The notes beneath the pieces are model-generated. The model saw nothing but the letters and a program-made list of their open reading frames with translations, was not told the origin of the DNA and made no database searches. From Lama glama (lineage: Eukaryota), in contig CM052817.1 of NCBI GenBank assembly GCA_028534125.1, positions 91,204,001 through 91,268,000 of the forward strand: a stretch of 64,000 nt of DNA. Reading direction: 5' to 3'. Position numbers and translations under genes: made by a program. Within the stretch, counting starts at the first letter, position 1, and each line of letters begins with the position of its first letter. Below are positions 25,770 to 39,277 of the stretch, in pieces.

Positions 25770-28230
25770 GACAGGACTGATTTGAATCTTGGTTCCAACA
25801 TTTGCCAGATGTATGAGCTGGGGCAAGTCTCTGAGCCTCCATCAACCACAGTTTCCCCATCAGATACCAGGACCATCTCAATTTCTCAGGAAAACTAAAA
25901 AAAAACAGGTTGGTAAATTATCCAACAGAGTGCTGGGGACATGGCAGACGCTCAATAAATATCCATTCCCTTTGCTGTGACCTTTTTTTTAAATCTGTTC
26001 TAATTTTTACAATCATTCCTTCTCAAGAAATTTTGGTTTAAAACTTTTCCATAAAAATGTTGAAAATACATCTTTCATTAACTACTAGTTAAAAATTCTA
26101 CTGCGCTCTTAGAGTTTAATATTGCATCATTAAGTCCAAGAAATGACACTCACTATTAATAAACTATTTCCTGGACTTATTCCTTCTAATGGTGGGGGTG
26201 CGGAGGGAACACTATTTTCCTCTACTTTGAAAATAGCTTCCAATTCAACAAGCCTATCTGAAGTGAAAAGATGGGAAACTAATATTTACTACCTACTATG
26301 TGCCAAGGTGGCAGTAAAACTTGGCAGCTAATTGCTTGAGCTTTGGAACCACATGCCAAGATTTAAAAATCTAGTGTCCACTCCTTAATTAGCTGTGTGA
26401 TCTTGGGCAGATAACATAAATTCTTGGTGAGTTTTCACCCACAAAATGGTGGTGATTGTACCTACCTCATAGGTGGCTGTGACAATTAAGTGAGTTAATT
26501 ACAACAATGTATAGCACATAATAAATGCTCAGTAAATATTAGCCCTTATTACTTTCCCGTGTTATGTATAGCTTGACCCTCACAGCAGCCCTCCAAGGTC
26601 TGTAATTGGATAGCAGACAGGACCTTGGCATTCTTGCCCATTTATGAGCCCAAAGACTTCACCTTTTCTTTACAGCCTGACACTTTCCAGGAGGCTGCAA
26701 CTGGTTCTCTTGAAGGTTTAAAACAATAAACAAAACATTAATTATGAGATGGATGTCACCTATGTTCTAAAAGCACAGTTGACATAAAACTTGTTCCCCT
26801 ACATTTGCTAACTCTAGGTTAAACACATGAGTTTTAAGGCTACTATTGTTTCAGATTGAATTATGGCCACATTCATGGTGACTGAACCCTGCAGCCACCT
26901 GGCAGCCAGAAGACAGCATTTTAAACCAAAAGTTATATAACTGTTTCAGTAAACAAAAGAGGGAAAGGAACTCCTGTTTATTGAGTGCCAGGATGTTGTG
27001 CAAAGCATTCTACATTTGTTATTTAATTCTCTCGGAAAGTAGATGACATTTCCCCCGTTTTCTAGATGAAGAAATTAAAGCTCAGACAGGTTACGTAGGT
27101 CTGAGGTCAGATAGCCAGCAAGTGTCAGAGGCAGCATAAGACAGGGAGACACCTAGCACCAATACCTTAGAAAGAAGTCATCTTCCATAAACTCTTGGCA
27201 TCTCTTTGTGACCTCCTCTCAAACCCCTTGTTTAAATGCTAGTTAAAGCTTATCAGGTGTCTACTGTGTACCAGGCTCTGCTCTAAGCACGTACAGGCAA
27301 TATTTCATTGACTTGCCACAGTCCAAGGAGTCCAGAGGAGGAAACCAACCCTGAGGAGGTAATAGGCTGTTTCATGTCACATGTCCTGGAGGTGGAGCCA
27401 GGTGATTTCAGAGTACGTGACCTTAAATACTAGGCTAGGCTCTCTCCCCTATAAAGAGGTGTGCGCCTGGAAAGTGAACCCAGTATTCTTTCTATGTCAA
27501 CATAGTAAACTAGAAAGAGTCCCGGACTGGAGGCACTTGATCTGGGTTCTAATCCTGACTCTTTCACTATACAATTTTAAGCAACTTAATCACTCTAGGA
27601 TTTAGTTTCCTTATCTGTAAACTGGAGAGGTTGAACTTGGGTTTATTCCAGTGCTAGAATTCTGTGACTTACAACATATCAGTATAGGTGGCATAAGCAA
27701 GTCAGCAGAGGAAATTCATTTGGTCATGGATAATCTTCCTCATCAAAGAGACCTGGGGATTGAACCTAGGACCTCATGCATGCTAAGTACACACTCTACC
27801 ACTGAGCTATACCCTCTCCCCAAGGAGACCAATTAAGACCCCAAGGCAATTTGTTAGCGTTTACCTGAGCTAGAAACTTGCTTTAAAACTCATATTTTGC
27901 CACCCGAGAGAATACACTTAATATGTTAATTTAGAATTAACATGCCATTCATATGAAAGTGACAGTTTGGCATATATCGCATGTAGATTTTTCTGTCTGG
28001 GCTTGATGGATGGATACATAGATAGAGCACTGGAGCCAGGGAGACCTGTGTTGTTATGCTGCCTCTGACATGTGACTGGCTGCCTGACCTTTGGAGGAGT
28101 CACATAACCTCTCTGAGCTTTAATGGCCTCACCCAGAAAGGGGAGGGAAATATTACCTACTTTGCCGAAGGAATTAAATAACAAATGTCAAATGCTTAGC
28201 ACAACATACGGACACTCAATAAATAAGTGT
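25770..28230. mobile_element. Cluster of MIR fragments (~25770-25965, 26330-26550, 26975-27130, 27520-27640, 28040-28230)
   Basis: Repeated MIR cores such as ctgtgtgatcttgggcaga, gtacctacctcatagg and ctcaataaat. Confidence 0.65.
27750..27821 (-). mobile_element. tRNA-SINE head
   Basis: ctggggattgaacctaggacctcatgcatgctaag...gagctataccctctcccc. Confidence 0.85.
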
Positions 28231-28864
28231 TCCTATTCCCTTTTTGTTTATTAAAACAGAAAGAAAGATATACACATGCACACATAATCCTTAACTTTAA
28301 AAATTCAGAGACTGATAGAAAAAAACAAAAAAAAAGACAAGGACTACAAAGAAATAATCCCAGAGTGAATTGAAAAGATGGACTAGGGGTCGGGGGCAAC
28401 CATCTAAACCCAGATGTCTCCTCCTGTGGGGGCAGGGCGAGGGAGAGGATGAGAAAGTCACAGCCAGGCTGTAAAATGCTGCCAATCCCCTGAGAGTTGT
28501 TTACTGACTTCTTCCCCACTGCTTCCTCCCAGGCTTCAGGGACCAAAACAGAGAACTCCAAATGCAAGTATTTCTCCCCGAGGATTTTTCCGTGGGAATT
28601 CATGTTGTCATTCACTAATGTCTCTGTTGCCAATTTTAACCACTGAAAATCACGGAAATCTGCTAAGGAAATGTTTGCAAGGCTTCCCATGCAGACTGAC
28701 AAAGCAGCAGGCCCCTTTGACATATTTGGAGGAGTCATCAGAAGCACTTTCTGGCAAACTGACAGTTCCTGGGACACAGGAAGAGAATAAAAACAAGGCT
28801 TCTCAACAGGTCAAGCCAAATGCCAGGAAAGGGAGCCAGAGAACCAAGCAAGCAGATTTTGTCT

Positions 28865-30670
28865 TTTTTTTTAATTGAAATTTTTATTGTGAGATCACTG
28901 TAAATGCAGAGGCAGTTGTAAGAGATAATACAGGGAGATCCTGTGTGGCTTTACCCAGTTCCCCCTGAGACAGGAGGGAAGGGGACAGCGCATAAACAAT
29001 AAAGGAAGGACACAGCAATTGAAGACAGTACAAAAATTGGTTAGAACCAAGAAGGCAGAAGGTTCACCTTACAGGAGACCTCGAGCCTCGTTATACGCTC
29101 ATCATAATATATTAACATGGTAAATGCCACTCCCACAGGTGCCATGACAGTTCTGAGGCTGGCCATAAAAGGCCAAAAAGTGGGCAGTGCCCCAATTCCT
29201 GGGAATCCCAGCCCCTTCCCCAGAGTAGTTGGAATAATCCTCCCACTTGTTAGCATATGAAATTACCCAGCCCATAAAAACTAACCACCCCTACACCTTG
29301 TGGCCAGTCTCATTTTTCTAGATGATTCCATGCCCTGGGGTCACTTCTCACCTGCTCTCTCTCTCTGTCGCCTTCAGAGACGACCCACACTATCTATGGA
29401 GTGTGTATCTCCCTGAGCTTCACTCTATTATAGCTCACTCTTGAATTCTTTCCTGTGTGAATCCAAGGACCCTCACTTGATGGAGTGCATCCCTGGAACT
29501 CACCTGGGACATGGCCATCCTTTCATGCTGCATTTTCCTGCAACACCCCCAGGGGTAACAAACTGGAAAACTGTACCACAATATCACAACCAAGATATTG
29601 ATAATGATACAGTCAATTACCACTGACACCAGAACATCTCCATCACCACAAGGATCCTCATGGTGGACTTTTATAGTCACATGTAGCATCCCCCACTCCT
29701 GGCAACCATTAATCTATTCTTCTTTTCTGTAAGTTTGTCAGACAGAATGTTATGTAAATGAAATCATCCAGTATATAACCTTTTGGGATTTAATTCTCTA
29801 GAGATTCACTCAGTTATTGTATTAATACAACAACTTTTTATTGCTACGTAGTACTCCATGATGTGGCTGTATCACTGTTTAACCATTTACCTGCTGGAGG
29901 ACATCTGGATTGTTTCCAGGTTTTGGCTATTACTAATGAAGTGGCTATAAACATTCATGTACAGGTTTTTGTACTTAAGTCTTTGTTTCTCTGGGATAAA
30001 TGTCTAGGAGTGCAATTGTTGGGTTGTATGGTAGTTGGATGTTTTGTTTTGTTAAAAACTGCCAAACTATTTCCCAGAGTGGCTGTAATATTTTAAATTA
30101 CCACCAACAATGTATGAGAGATCCAGTTTCTCCTCACCCTTGCCAACATTTAATGCTTCCATTATTTTTTTTTTTTAGCCATTCTGATAGGCACGCAAGG
30201 GTATCCCATTGTGATTTTAATTTCCATTGCCCTGATAGCTAATGCTCCTGAGTATCTTTTCATGTGTTTGGTTGCCTTTGTGGGATATACGGTTTGCAAA
30301 TATTTTTTCCCACTTTGAGCTTGTCTTTTCATCCTCTTAACAAAGTCTTCTAGGGGACAAATGTTTCAGTTTTGATGGCATCCAATCTATCCATTTTTCC
30401 TTTCCAGGATTGTGTTATTAGTGTCAATTCTAAGAATTCTCTGCCTAGCACTTGATCTTGAAGATTTTCTCCTATTTTTTCCTTAAAATGTTATGATTTT
30501 ATATTTTACACTTAAGTCTGATCTATTTCAAGCTAATTTTTATAGCTTAGGTCAAGGTTCTTTTTTTTTTTTTTTTTTTTTTTCCTTTGGACAGCCAACT
30601 CTTCTAGCATCATTTGTTGAAAAGTCTACTTTTCCTCCATTAAAATGCTTTTGCATCTTTGTCAAGAATC
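28865..30670 (-). mobile_element. L1 (L1MC-like 3' region) interrupted by the LTR at 28966-29545
   Basis: tttacccagttcccc|ccccaggggtaaca rejoins across the LTR; antisense ORF2 motifs follow. Confidence 0.85.
28966..29545 (+). mobile_element. MER41-like ERV1 solo LTR (copy 2)
   Basis: TG...CA with CCCC(C) TSD; blocks cactcccacaggtgccatgacagtt, gaataatcctcccacttgttagcatat and gaattctttcctgtgtgaatccaaggaccctc resemble the recalled MER41 consensus. Confidence 0.85.
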
Positions 30671-30680
30671 AGGAACATTT

Positions 30681-30734
30681 AAGGGGAGGATATAACTCTG
30701 TGGTAGAGTTCCTGCTTAGCATGCATGAGGTCCC
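30681..30734 (+). mobile_element. tRNA-SINE truncated by the gap
   Basis: ggggaggatataactctgtggtagag...gaggtccc, then Ns. Confidence 0.85.
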
Positions 30735-31234
30735 NNNNNNNNNNNNNNNNNNNNNNNNNNNNNNNNNNNNNNNNNNNNNNNNNNNNNNNNNNNNNNNNNN
30801 NNNNNNNNNNNNNNNNNNNNNNNNNNNNNNNNNNNNNNNNNNNNNNNNNNNNNNNNNNNNNNNNNNNNNNNNNNNNNNNNNNNNNNNNNNNNNNNNNNNN
30901 NNNNNNNNNNNNNNNNNNNNNNNNNNNNNNNNNNNNNNNNNNNNNNNNNNNNNNNNNNNNNNNNNNNNNNNNNNNNNNNNNNNNNNNNNNNNNNNNNNNN
31001 NNNNNNNNNNNNNNNNNNNNNNNNNNNNNNNNNNNNNNNNNNNNNNNNNNNNNNNNNNNNNNNNNNNNNNNNNNNNNNNNNNNNNNNNNNNNNNNNNNNN
31101 NNNNNNNNNNNNNNNNNNNNNNNNNNNNNNNNNNNNNNNNNNNNNNNNNNNNNNNNNNNNNNNNNNNNNNNNNNNNNNNNNNNNNNNNNNNNNNNNNNNN
31201 NNNNNNNNNNNNNNNNNNNNNNNNNNNNNNNNNN
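30735..31234. other. Assembly gap of exactly 500 N (placeholder size)
   Basis: Counted directly. Confidence 0.98.
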
Positions 31235-31900
31235 ATAGCCTTCTAGACCCCAACAGTACTCACTTCTTACATAGTATGGATACTACAGATTGCCTACTAA
31301 TTTCACAAAAACAATAACAACAACAACAAAACCTTGAGTTTTAATGGAAATGTTCTGATGCTTTTAAAAGTTTGAAAGTGGCTGGTGATCCCATTTGAGT
31401 AGAGTGCCTATGTAGTAATATGCTACAAAATACAATTTCCCAGTCAGTTCACACAGGTTTAAGGATATCTGCTCATTTGCAAGGAAGGGTCTCAATTCTG
31501 ATGTAAATAATTCTACGTGGCCCTGAAGGCACACAGTCTTTACTTATGATTACATTTACAATCTAGCAGTTCCTTTAATGCTAAACTTCCAGGCAAAGTT
31601 TCCTGCAGATATATCTTTCAAGGGTGGATCTTTTCATAGTGGAGCTTCATGCATCTGGTAAGATCCTATTACGTGTCAGTTTGAAGGTTGTTGTTCAATT
31701 TTAAATAAAGCTTTGGTAGAATTATTCCCAATTTTGGTGATTGCTCTCTATAATTATTATACCAGCTAATGAAAAGTTTAAGAATACAATTTAGAAAAAA
31801 AAAAAAAGAATACAATTTAGAGGACTATCATATTGGTTCCAGACATCTGATGAATGGATATGCAAATGAGTAAAAGATTTAGATACACACAAAGAACATA

Positions 31901-31995
31901 TTTCCTTTTTTTTTTTAAAGGAAGGTACTAGGGATTGAACCCAGGACCTCATGCATACTAAGCATGAGCTCTACCACTGAGCTATTACCCTCCCC
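31901..31995 (-). mobile_element. tRNA-SINE with TSD
   Basis: tatttcctttttttt at ~31900 and ~32000. Confidence 0.88.
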
Positions 31996-34284
31996 ATTCT
32001 ATTTCCTTTTTTTTAAGGTACAGATACAGATAGCTTATCAGGGCACACCAAAATTTGATTATAATAAGATAACTTGGTTATTATTTACATGAACAAGTAG
32101 TTCAGAGATTGACTCTCTAACGTCAACAAAATATCAGGTTCTTTAGTCTGCCTAAGTGCTGACACACAGCACTGGATGGAGAAAAAGTAGAGAGGACATC
32201 TGAAATATTAGACATGGGAAATGTACTTATCTTACAGCTTGATCTCTTATAAACAGATGATATTTAAGCCAAACAAAAAAGTAAGATTGGGGCCTTTGCA
32301 TTTGTACACTGGAGGACAGAATATTTAGACACCAGGAAAAAATTGTCTAAGAATATACTAAAATTCAAAGAACTTATATCCTTTGGGACCTGGGACTCTG
32401 GTTCCATGATGTTCCCGTTACTAACACAGCTCAGGCTGGTCAGGCCCAACTCACACAACGAGAATTTAGCATAGGGCAGGGAAATCATGGGTTCCTTAGT
32501 ATCAGGTGAAGAAAAGCAGATCCCCAAAAAAAGGGTTAGGGAAGGACTGGTTATCATTTACACATCTGATGAATATAAATACTGAATTTTATTGCATTTG
32601 AGAGAACATCTCAATTTCTAAGGTGTTAAAATGTTAAGAGGAAAACAAAACTTGTATCTTAGAATTGATGACACATAGCTCCATAGGTGAGGACTGAACT
32701 GGGGAACACATTTCCTTAACTGGGAAAGAAGCCAGAAATAAATGTATGCAAAAACATTATGACAATTGTTTTAGGTTGGCAAAAACTTTGTTGGACAAGA
32801 TTCAGAGCTGGGTACGCTGAAAAACAAACCGAGGCGGGGGAAAAAAGACCTGGGTACGTGCTCAGGACAAACCGTAGGCCAGTTAATTAGGAGCTCTGAG
32901 TGGGAGGACTGTGATTAGACAAGAGTTCATTAAGAAGAGGATCTAAGGCCTGTAAAGTCTTCAGGTTGTGCTGAAATACTCACACCTACCTCTAAGCCCA
33001 ATGCACTAGTTTCAGAGAGATATCCAAGGAAAAACTTTTTAACTGGTTTTTTATCCCCACAAAACACTTTCAGGGAGGTGTGGAATCCATATGGTCATTA
33101 AACCAATTGGTATCTTGTAGGTTTTTAAATTTTAATTTGCTTCTATTTTTTATTGTTATGAGTTTCACAGATGGACACCAGAGATTTGGTTGCCATGGAA
33201 GGCTTTGGCTGTCAGCTGGAGACTGATAACTCTAGGCAAAAGGATTCTATCCTTTCATGTTTATAATCATAATTACAGTGTAATAGTTTCTTTGCTTATT
33301 TATTTCCATTTTGAATGATTGGCTTTGGACTATTGGTTTGTTTGATTCTTTGTTTTATTGAATGAAAGATTCTTTAAATTCTATAGTGCTTAATAATTTT
33401 CAATATTTTCACAGACGGTTTCATATAATCCCATAATAATGGACTCTTGGTTTTAACATTCTACATTTCCAATCCTGTCAACTGTCTGTATATCAAAAAC
33501 AGTCTATATTTTACTACTTCACTATCAATAGAGAGGAGCTCTGCTTAACCACAGAGCCATGCAACCTGAAGCCTGGAGGACAGAATGTTCTTGACTACAC
33601 AGCTGCCTGCATTATCCAAACCTGATTTTGTTGGGCATATATTGTGGGGATGAAGGAACAGATATCTGTGACAGAAAGCCCAAGATGGCCTTCCAACTCT
33701 CTTTGCCCTGCTATACAACACAGAATCTCCTCTCCAATTTTTGTAGAGAGAAGATCACCCAGTATAGAATGTTGACTGGGTAGGGTGAGACCTGGAAATT
33801 TAGGAAAGCTTAGATTCTATAATGAAAGTAACAGGCTGAAATGGCAGGTTATGCAACAGAAGTATAACATAATTGGAAATAGTATTTTAGGAAATAGGTC
33901 TGGCTAACATCATGCGGAAAATGGACAAGAGTAAATAGCTTACTGTTTAAAAACAAGTCTACATAAAAACAAAACAATGACATACATCAATCAGAAAATA
34001 TGCCATGAGATGATGTAACACTGAAAGGAATTTTCCCAAAAGAATTAATATTGTTGTACACCTACTATGAGGTAGAGTCTATCGATGAGGGTATTTCCAG
34101 TATCTCATCTAACAGTTGTGAAATTGGTATGGCAGCCTCCATCATACAGATGAAAAAAGCAGTTTGGTGAAATTGCATAACTTTCCCAATGTCACTGAGT
34201 TTCTTTGAATGATAAAATTGGGATTCAAATCCAGACCTGACTAATTCCAAGACCATTGCTCTTTCTATAAAACCAAGCTGTCCT

Positions 34285-36022
34285 TATACTCTAAAAACTA
34301 CAAAATATTGTTGAAAGAAATTAAAGAATACCTAAATAAATGGAAAGATATCCTATGTTCATTGATCAGAAGATTTAATATTGTTAAAATGGCAATCCTT
34401 CCTAAATAGATCTATAGATTCAAAATGTTTCTGAAATCCCAGCTGGCTTTTTAGCAGAAATTGGTAAGTTGATCTTTAAATTCATATAGAAATTCAAGGG
34501 ACCTCAAATAGCCAATAAAATTTGAAGAAGAAGAACACTTCCCAATTTCAAAACTCACCACAAAGCTACCATAATCAAGACAGTCTGGTACTAGCATCAG
34601 GATAGACATCTAAATCAAGAGAATAGACTTGAGAGTCCAGAAATAAGCCTTTACATTCATGGTCAAATGATTTTCAACAAGAGTGCCAAGACAGTTTAAA
34701 GTTGGACCCTTACCTAACACCATATACAAAAACTAACTCAAAATGGATTATAGATCTAAATATAAGAGCTAAAATTACAGAGCTCTTAGAAGAAAATACA
34801 GGAGTAAATCTTTATGACCTTGAATTAGGCAATGGTTTCTTAGATATGACACCAATGCACAAGTGACAAAAATAAATAAATAAATAAATTTGACTTCAGC
34901 AAAATTTAAAACTTTTGTGTTTTAAACCCAACATCTAGAAATGGAAAAGAAAATCCACAGAATAGGGGAAAATATGTGCAAATCATGTATCAGATAAGAA
35001 GCTTCTATCCAAATATATGCAACTCAATAATAAGAAGATAAGTAATCCAATCTTTTTAAATGGACAAAACATCTGAATAAACATTTCTCCAAACATCATT
35101 AATCATAAAGTAAATGCAAATCAAAATTACAATGAGATACCACTTTGCACCTACTAGCTAGGATGGCTATAAATACGCAGATATTAACAAGTGCTGGTGA
35201 GTTTGGGGAGAACTGGGAACCCTCCTACATTGCTGGTGGGAAAATAAATTGGTGCAGTGGGTAGACTGGCAGGGACTGGGGTTGCCAGCTACCAACTCTT
35301 TTAATGGAAATTTTAAAAGATATTTGTAAGAAATGTTTCCTAAAGTAATCCCTAGACTCCTGCCTGTTCAGCACTCTGGGATTTGGGGGCAAGCGAGGTC
35401 AGGTGCAGTGCCTGAGGAGATAGCTGTTAACCCAGCTCTGCTTTGGGGCTCATGGTCCGGTATAAGGAATAATGGCAGGTAAATTAAAAAGTTGGGTAAT
35501 TTCAATCAATCAATCAATCAATCAAATGGTGCAGTTGCTTTGCAAAACAGTCTGACAGTCCCTCAAAAGGCTAAACACAAGAGTTACCATATGACCCAGC
35601 AATTCCTCCCTTAGGTTTATATCAGAGAGAAATGACATCATTATGTCTACACAAAAACTTATACACAAATGTTCAAGCTTTTGGTGAGTTACTCAGTTTT
35701 TCTGTGTCTCTCCCATGTATACATATTATTAAGTTTTGTTTGATTTTCTACTGTTAATCTGTGTCATGTCAATTTAATTCTTAGACCAGAGAGAAGAAGG
35801 CTGGAGGAAATTTTCTTCCTCCCCAACAATGGAAAGTAAATTCATGGTTGCCCAGGGATGTGGGATTTACAGAGAAATACAGAGTGACTGCTAATATCTA
35901 TGGCATTCCTTCTTGAGGTTATCAAAATGTTTTAAAATTGACTGATTCAAAACCATTGAATTGTTCACTTTTAATAAATTGTGTGGTATATGAATTATAT
36001 CTCAATAAAGTTGTTAAAAAAG
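34285..36022 (+). mobile_element. Fragmented L1 (ORF2 remnants + 3'UTR) with insertions at 35259-35523 and 35676-35828
   Basis: aaataaatggaaagatatcc, aaagctaccataatcaagacagt, ttaccatatgacccagcaattcc; ends tatctcaataaag plus A. Confidence 0.9.
35676..35828 (+). mobile_element. 3' part of a MER34-like LTR
   Basis: Homologous to 38900-39052; ends ...cttcctccccaACA. Confidence 0.75.
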
Positions 36023-37066
36023 GAAACCCTAGATAGCCTCTTTGTTTATATTTTCAAGCAGATGTTGTCCAAATATCAAGGTGACAACTTTTCACTCTTT
36101 TCCCTCTTTCCATTAATGTTCTCAGATGTTTGTTTGTTTGTGTGTTTTTAACAGCGTGTACTGAGAAGTTGACTCTTGAATCCTAAGGCTCTGGTTTGAT
36201 TCTAGGGGCTTGGTTTCCTAGAAAGTCAGGAAACCCAACGCTCAATCCCTGCCCAGTTATCACCCACCCAACCCTAAGGGTCTCCGTTTTCTTACTGGTA
36301 AGTAAAAACAATTGAGCAGATGATCTCTAAAGAGGCTTCCTTGTGACACTAAAGGAGCTTCAATCCCATCAATGGAAGCAGTGTTGGTTCTTTTTAGCTC
36401 TTCACTCTTCAGAGCCAAGTAGTCAAAATCTGATGTGATTTCAATTTACTTAAATGGTTCTCAGGGCCAATTATTAAAAACCTTTATCAGATCTTTGCAT
36501 ATTAAGTTAAAATCCCAGAAGCATATCACTGTGAGTTTAGCATTTGTAGAAGTTAATTACCTAGCATCCACAATAGAATCAAGTAAATCCAGTCTCTAGT
36601 AGTTGTATTAACTCCCAATTTTTAACCAGTTTATAGATGACCAATTGAAAAAATTAGAAAAATGTATCCAAATAGTGGGGGCAAAAAAAAAGCCAACTTT
36701 CAAAGACAATCACTATTAATATTTTGGAGTGTTTTCTTCCAATAATTTTGCATCATTGTTTTTCTTCACTAAACACTATATTATAAGCATGTCTCCATGT
36801 CATCAGGTAGTTTTAATAAATGTCACTTAATGCCAATGGAGGTGTTATGGTATATTTCACCCTATCACGGACAGACTGCTTCCTATTTTCTCCAAGTTTA
36901 AGTAACGAGGGAAAAGGACTAATTTCTTTCTACAGAAAGCATTTTGGTATTTAGGATTATTTCCTTGGATAGATTCTGATTCCTAAGAAATTAATGAACC
37001 AAAGGATATGACCGTTTCATTGTATGTTTCCAAAAACTTGTAGCAATTTATATATATGTTGAGAAG

Positions 37067-37471
37067 TGATAAAAAGCTAATTGGTATATTGGGACCCACA
37101 AAATGGAGGCCACCCCAGTGACCCTCCACATGTCATAAATTTAAACCTAAGTTAGTCTGCACTTACCACAACGTCTCCCTGTCAAGGAAACCTAACAGAC
37201 ACCAATCACTGTCCTCCAGTTTGGCTTTGGCCAGCTCACCTTACCCTAGGAACTAGGACATGCCAGTCTTACGAGGAAATCCCTGACCTCCTGGCCAATC
37301 ACGCCCTGTTTCCACTTGCTCTTTTGAAAGCTCTAGAAAACTTGTTCAAAGTCCCTTGGGCAGAATTCTCCACTGCTCAGGAAACACTGTCCTCCCCCAA
37401 CCTATGGACTGTGTTCCCTTGAACAAAGGATATCAAATCTAACTAAATGGTTTTAGTTTGGTCATTTGACA
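37067..37471 (+). mobile_element. ERV1-type solo LTR
   Basis: TG...CA ends with a perfect 4-bp TSD GAAG; CCAAT motifs inside. Confidence 0.7.
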
Positions 37472-38049
37472 GAAGATAGTTAAGACAGATCTAGTGTGCT
37501 ACAAAGTGTGGTTTAAGACCTGAAATTTATGTTATGTCTTCATCATTGAAGTACTGACTTACTGTTCATTGTCTACATACTCCTGCTAGAATCTACACAA
37601 GGGCAGGAATCTTGGTTTACTGATCTATCTCAAGCATCTAAACAGTGCCTGGCATATGGGAGACATTTAAATATTTGTTTCAAGAACAACTGAAATAGGA
37701 AAAAGTTTGGTTTTTAATCATTATTATGTCAATGGCAAGATTTAATAGCAGGTGACAACAAAACTGTCAAGTGAATATGTTCCTATGTCCATCCCATTCC
37801 CTGGTGTTATTTACCCTGACACAGTTTAACCTTGAATCATTTATCGCATGCCTACTTCAGATATAAAAGTTGAATTCCTTAGTTTTTATATATAAGAGAA
37901 ACTGCTAGTTGCCAGCCTAATTTCAGGTTCTCTTGTTTTCTTGAAAACAGTGTATTCAGCTGGAAGACCACACTTCTAATCTGTATTGCCGACAGGTATG
38001 GCCAGATGTTTAATAAAATACATACACATGGAAACTGTTGAAAGTCCTT

Positions 38050-38375
38050 TTAGAAAGGCTCTTTGAAATGGGAACAGATAGCTGATGTGGCCCCTTGCTT
38101 TCCTTCTTCTGCTTCCTGCCTAGAATGCAGACAGGATGGTTCCAACAGCCCAGTCTTATACAATGAGGTAAACTTAAGGATGGAATCTCTGCTCAGTGGA
38201 TGACAGAGCAGAAAAGTTTAAGGAGTCAGAATCTCTGGTGATGAGGAGACATCACACCAACCCTGGACTGCCTGCCCTCTATGCTATATAACATAAGAAA
38301 AAATAAAGCTCTATCTTGCTTTAAGCTACTGTTATTTCAGGTTTCTTATCAGATAAAGACAATTTCTAACTGATA
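38050..38375 (+). mobile_element. Old MaLR (MLT1J/K-like) LTR fragment
   Basis: ttcctgcctagaatgcagac...ccctggactgcct...aaataaa...tttctaactgata. Confidence 0.65.
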
Positions 38376-38515
38376 AATTATACTGTCGTTTTTCCTAAAG
38401 CTTTGAAGATTTCAACAATACAATAAATCTTCTTTTAATACAACATGAAATCTTTTGCTTTATATACTTATCTTTTAAGGAATAAGATCTCAACTTTTTA
38501 TTCTGAGCTAATTGC

Positions 38516-39052
38516 TGTAGGAGAGCAAAATTTACCACCCCAAAATCTCTTTGGCATGAGGATTATTTTTAAGAAACAAAAGTCCTTCTTTTTACCTCTC
38601 CCTTAGCTGCCTAAAGAATTTAGATAGACGGTCTGTTGGAATAGAGCTATCACTAGAGAGATCTGCAAAGAATATGGGCTATGTGTGGTGGGGTGGAGGA
38701 CACTCCAGGCAGGGCCTAGAGGCCACAATTCACTCTGTGTCCTACTATCACTGCATGGCCCAGCAAACATTTACCGAACATTTGCTTTTCCATATCCATG
38801 TGAACTGCCTTCCTCCCTTTAGAAGTCCCAAACCATTACCCTCAAGAGTCTCTTTTGTTTTTAGCTGACAGTGGTATTAGAGGTGAGGGTTTCTACGATT
38901 TTGGCAAGTTTCTTGGTTTTCCTGGGTCTCCACCGTGTATACATGTTATGAAACTTTTGTGTGATTTTCTCCTGTTCATCTATCTCATGTCAATTTACTT
39001 CTTAGACCAGCCAGAAGAACCTAGAAGGGTAAAGGAAAATTTCTCCCTGACA
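38516..39052 (+). mobile_element. MER34-like ERV1 solo LTR
   Basis: TGTAGGAGAGCAAAATTTACCACCCCAAAA start, CA end, perfect TSD TTGC. Confidence 0.88.
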
Positions 39053-39277
39053 TTGCTATGCTTTAATTTTAATCATGAGAAAGTATATTTGGTTCATAGA
39101 TAGGAAGCAGGAAACAATAATAATTTCATTTGGCAGCACTGGCCCTGAACTTTCATGAATAAGACCATGAGATACCTTTGGATAATGTTATGACTCAGGA
39201 ATAAAGAGGAAATCTAATGGTCCCTTTGAGCCCACATAGAAATTAATCTAATAAGAGAGTAAAATGTAACTTCTTCT

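Noticed and set aside
28196..28777. 193-aa ORF, and similar ORFs at 5310-5810 and 44997-45482
   Set aside because: No recognisable domains; they overlap repeats or low-complexity DNA and have no supported splice structure.
30493..31317. Long ORFs spanning this region
   Set aside because: Artefacts of translating the 500-N gap.
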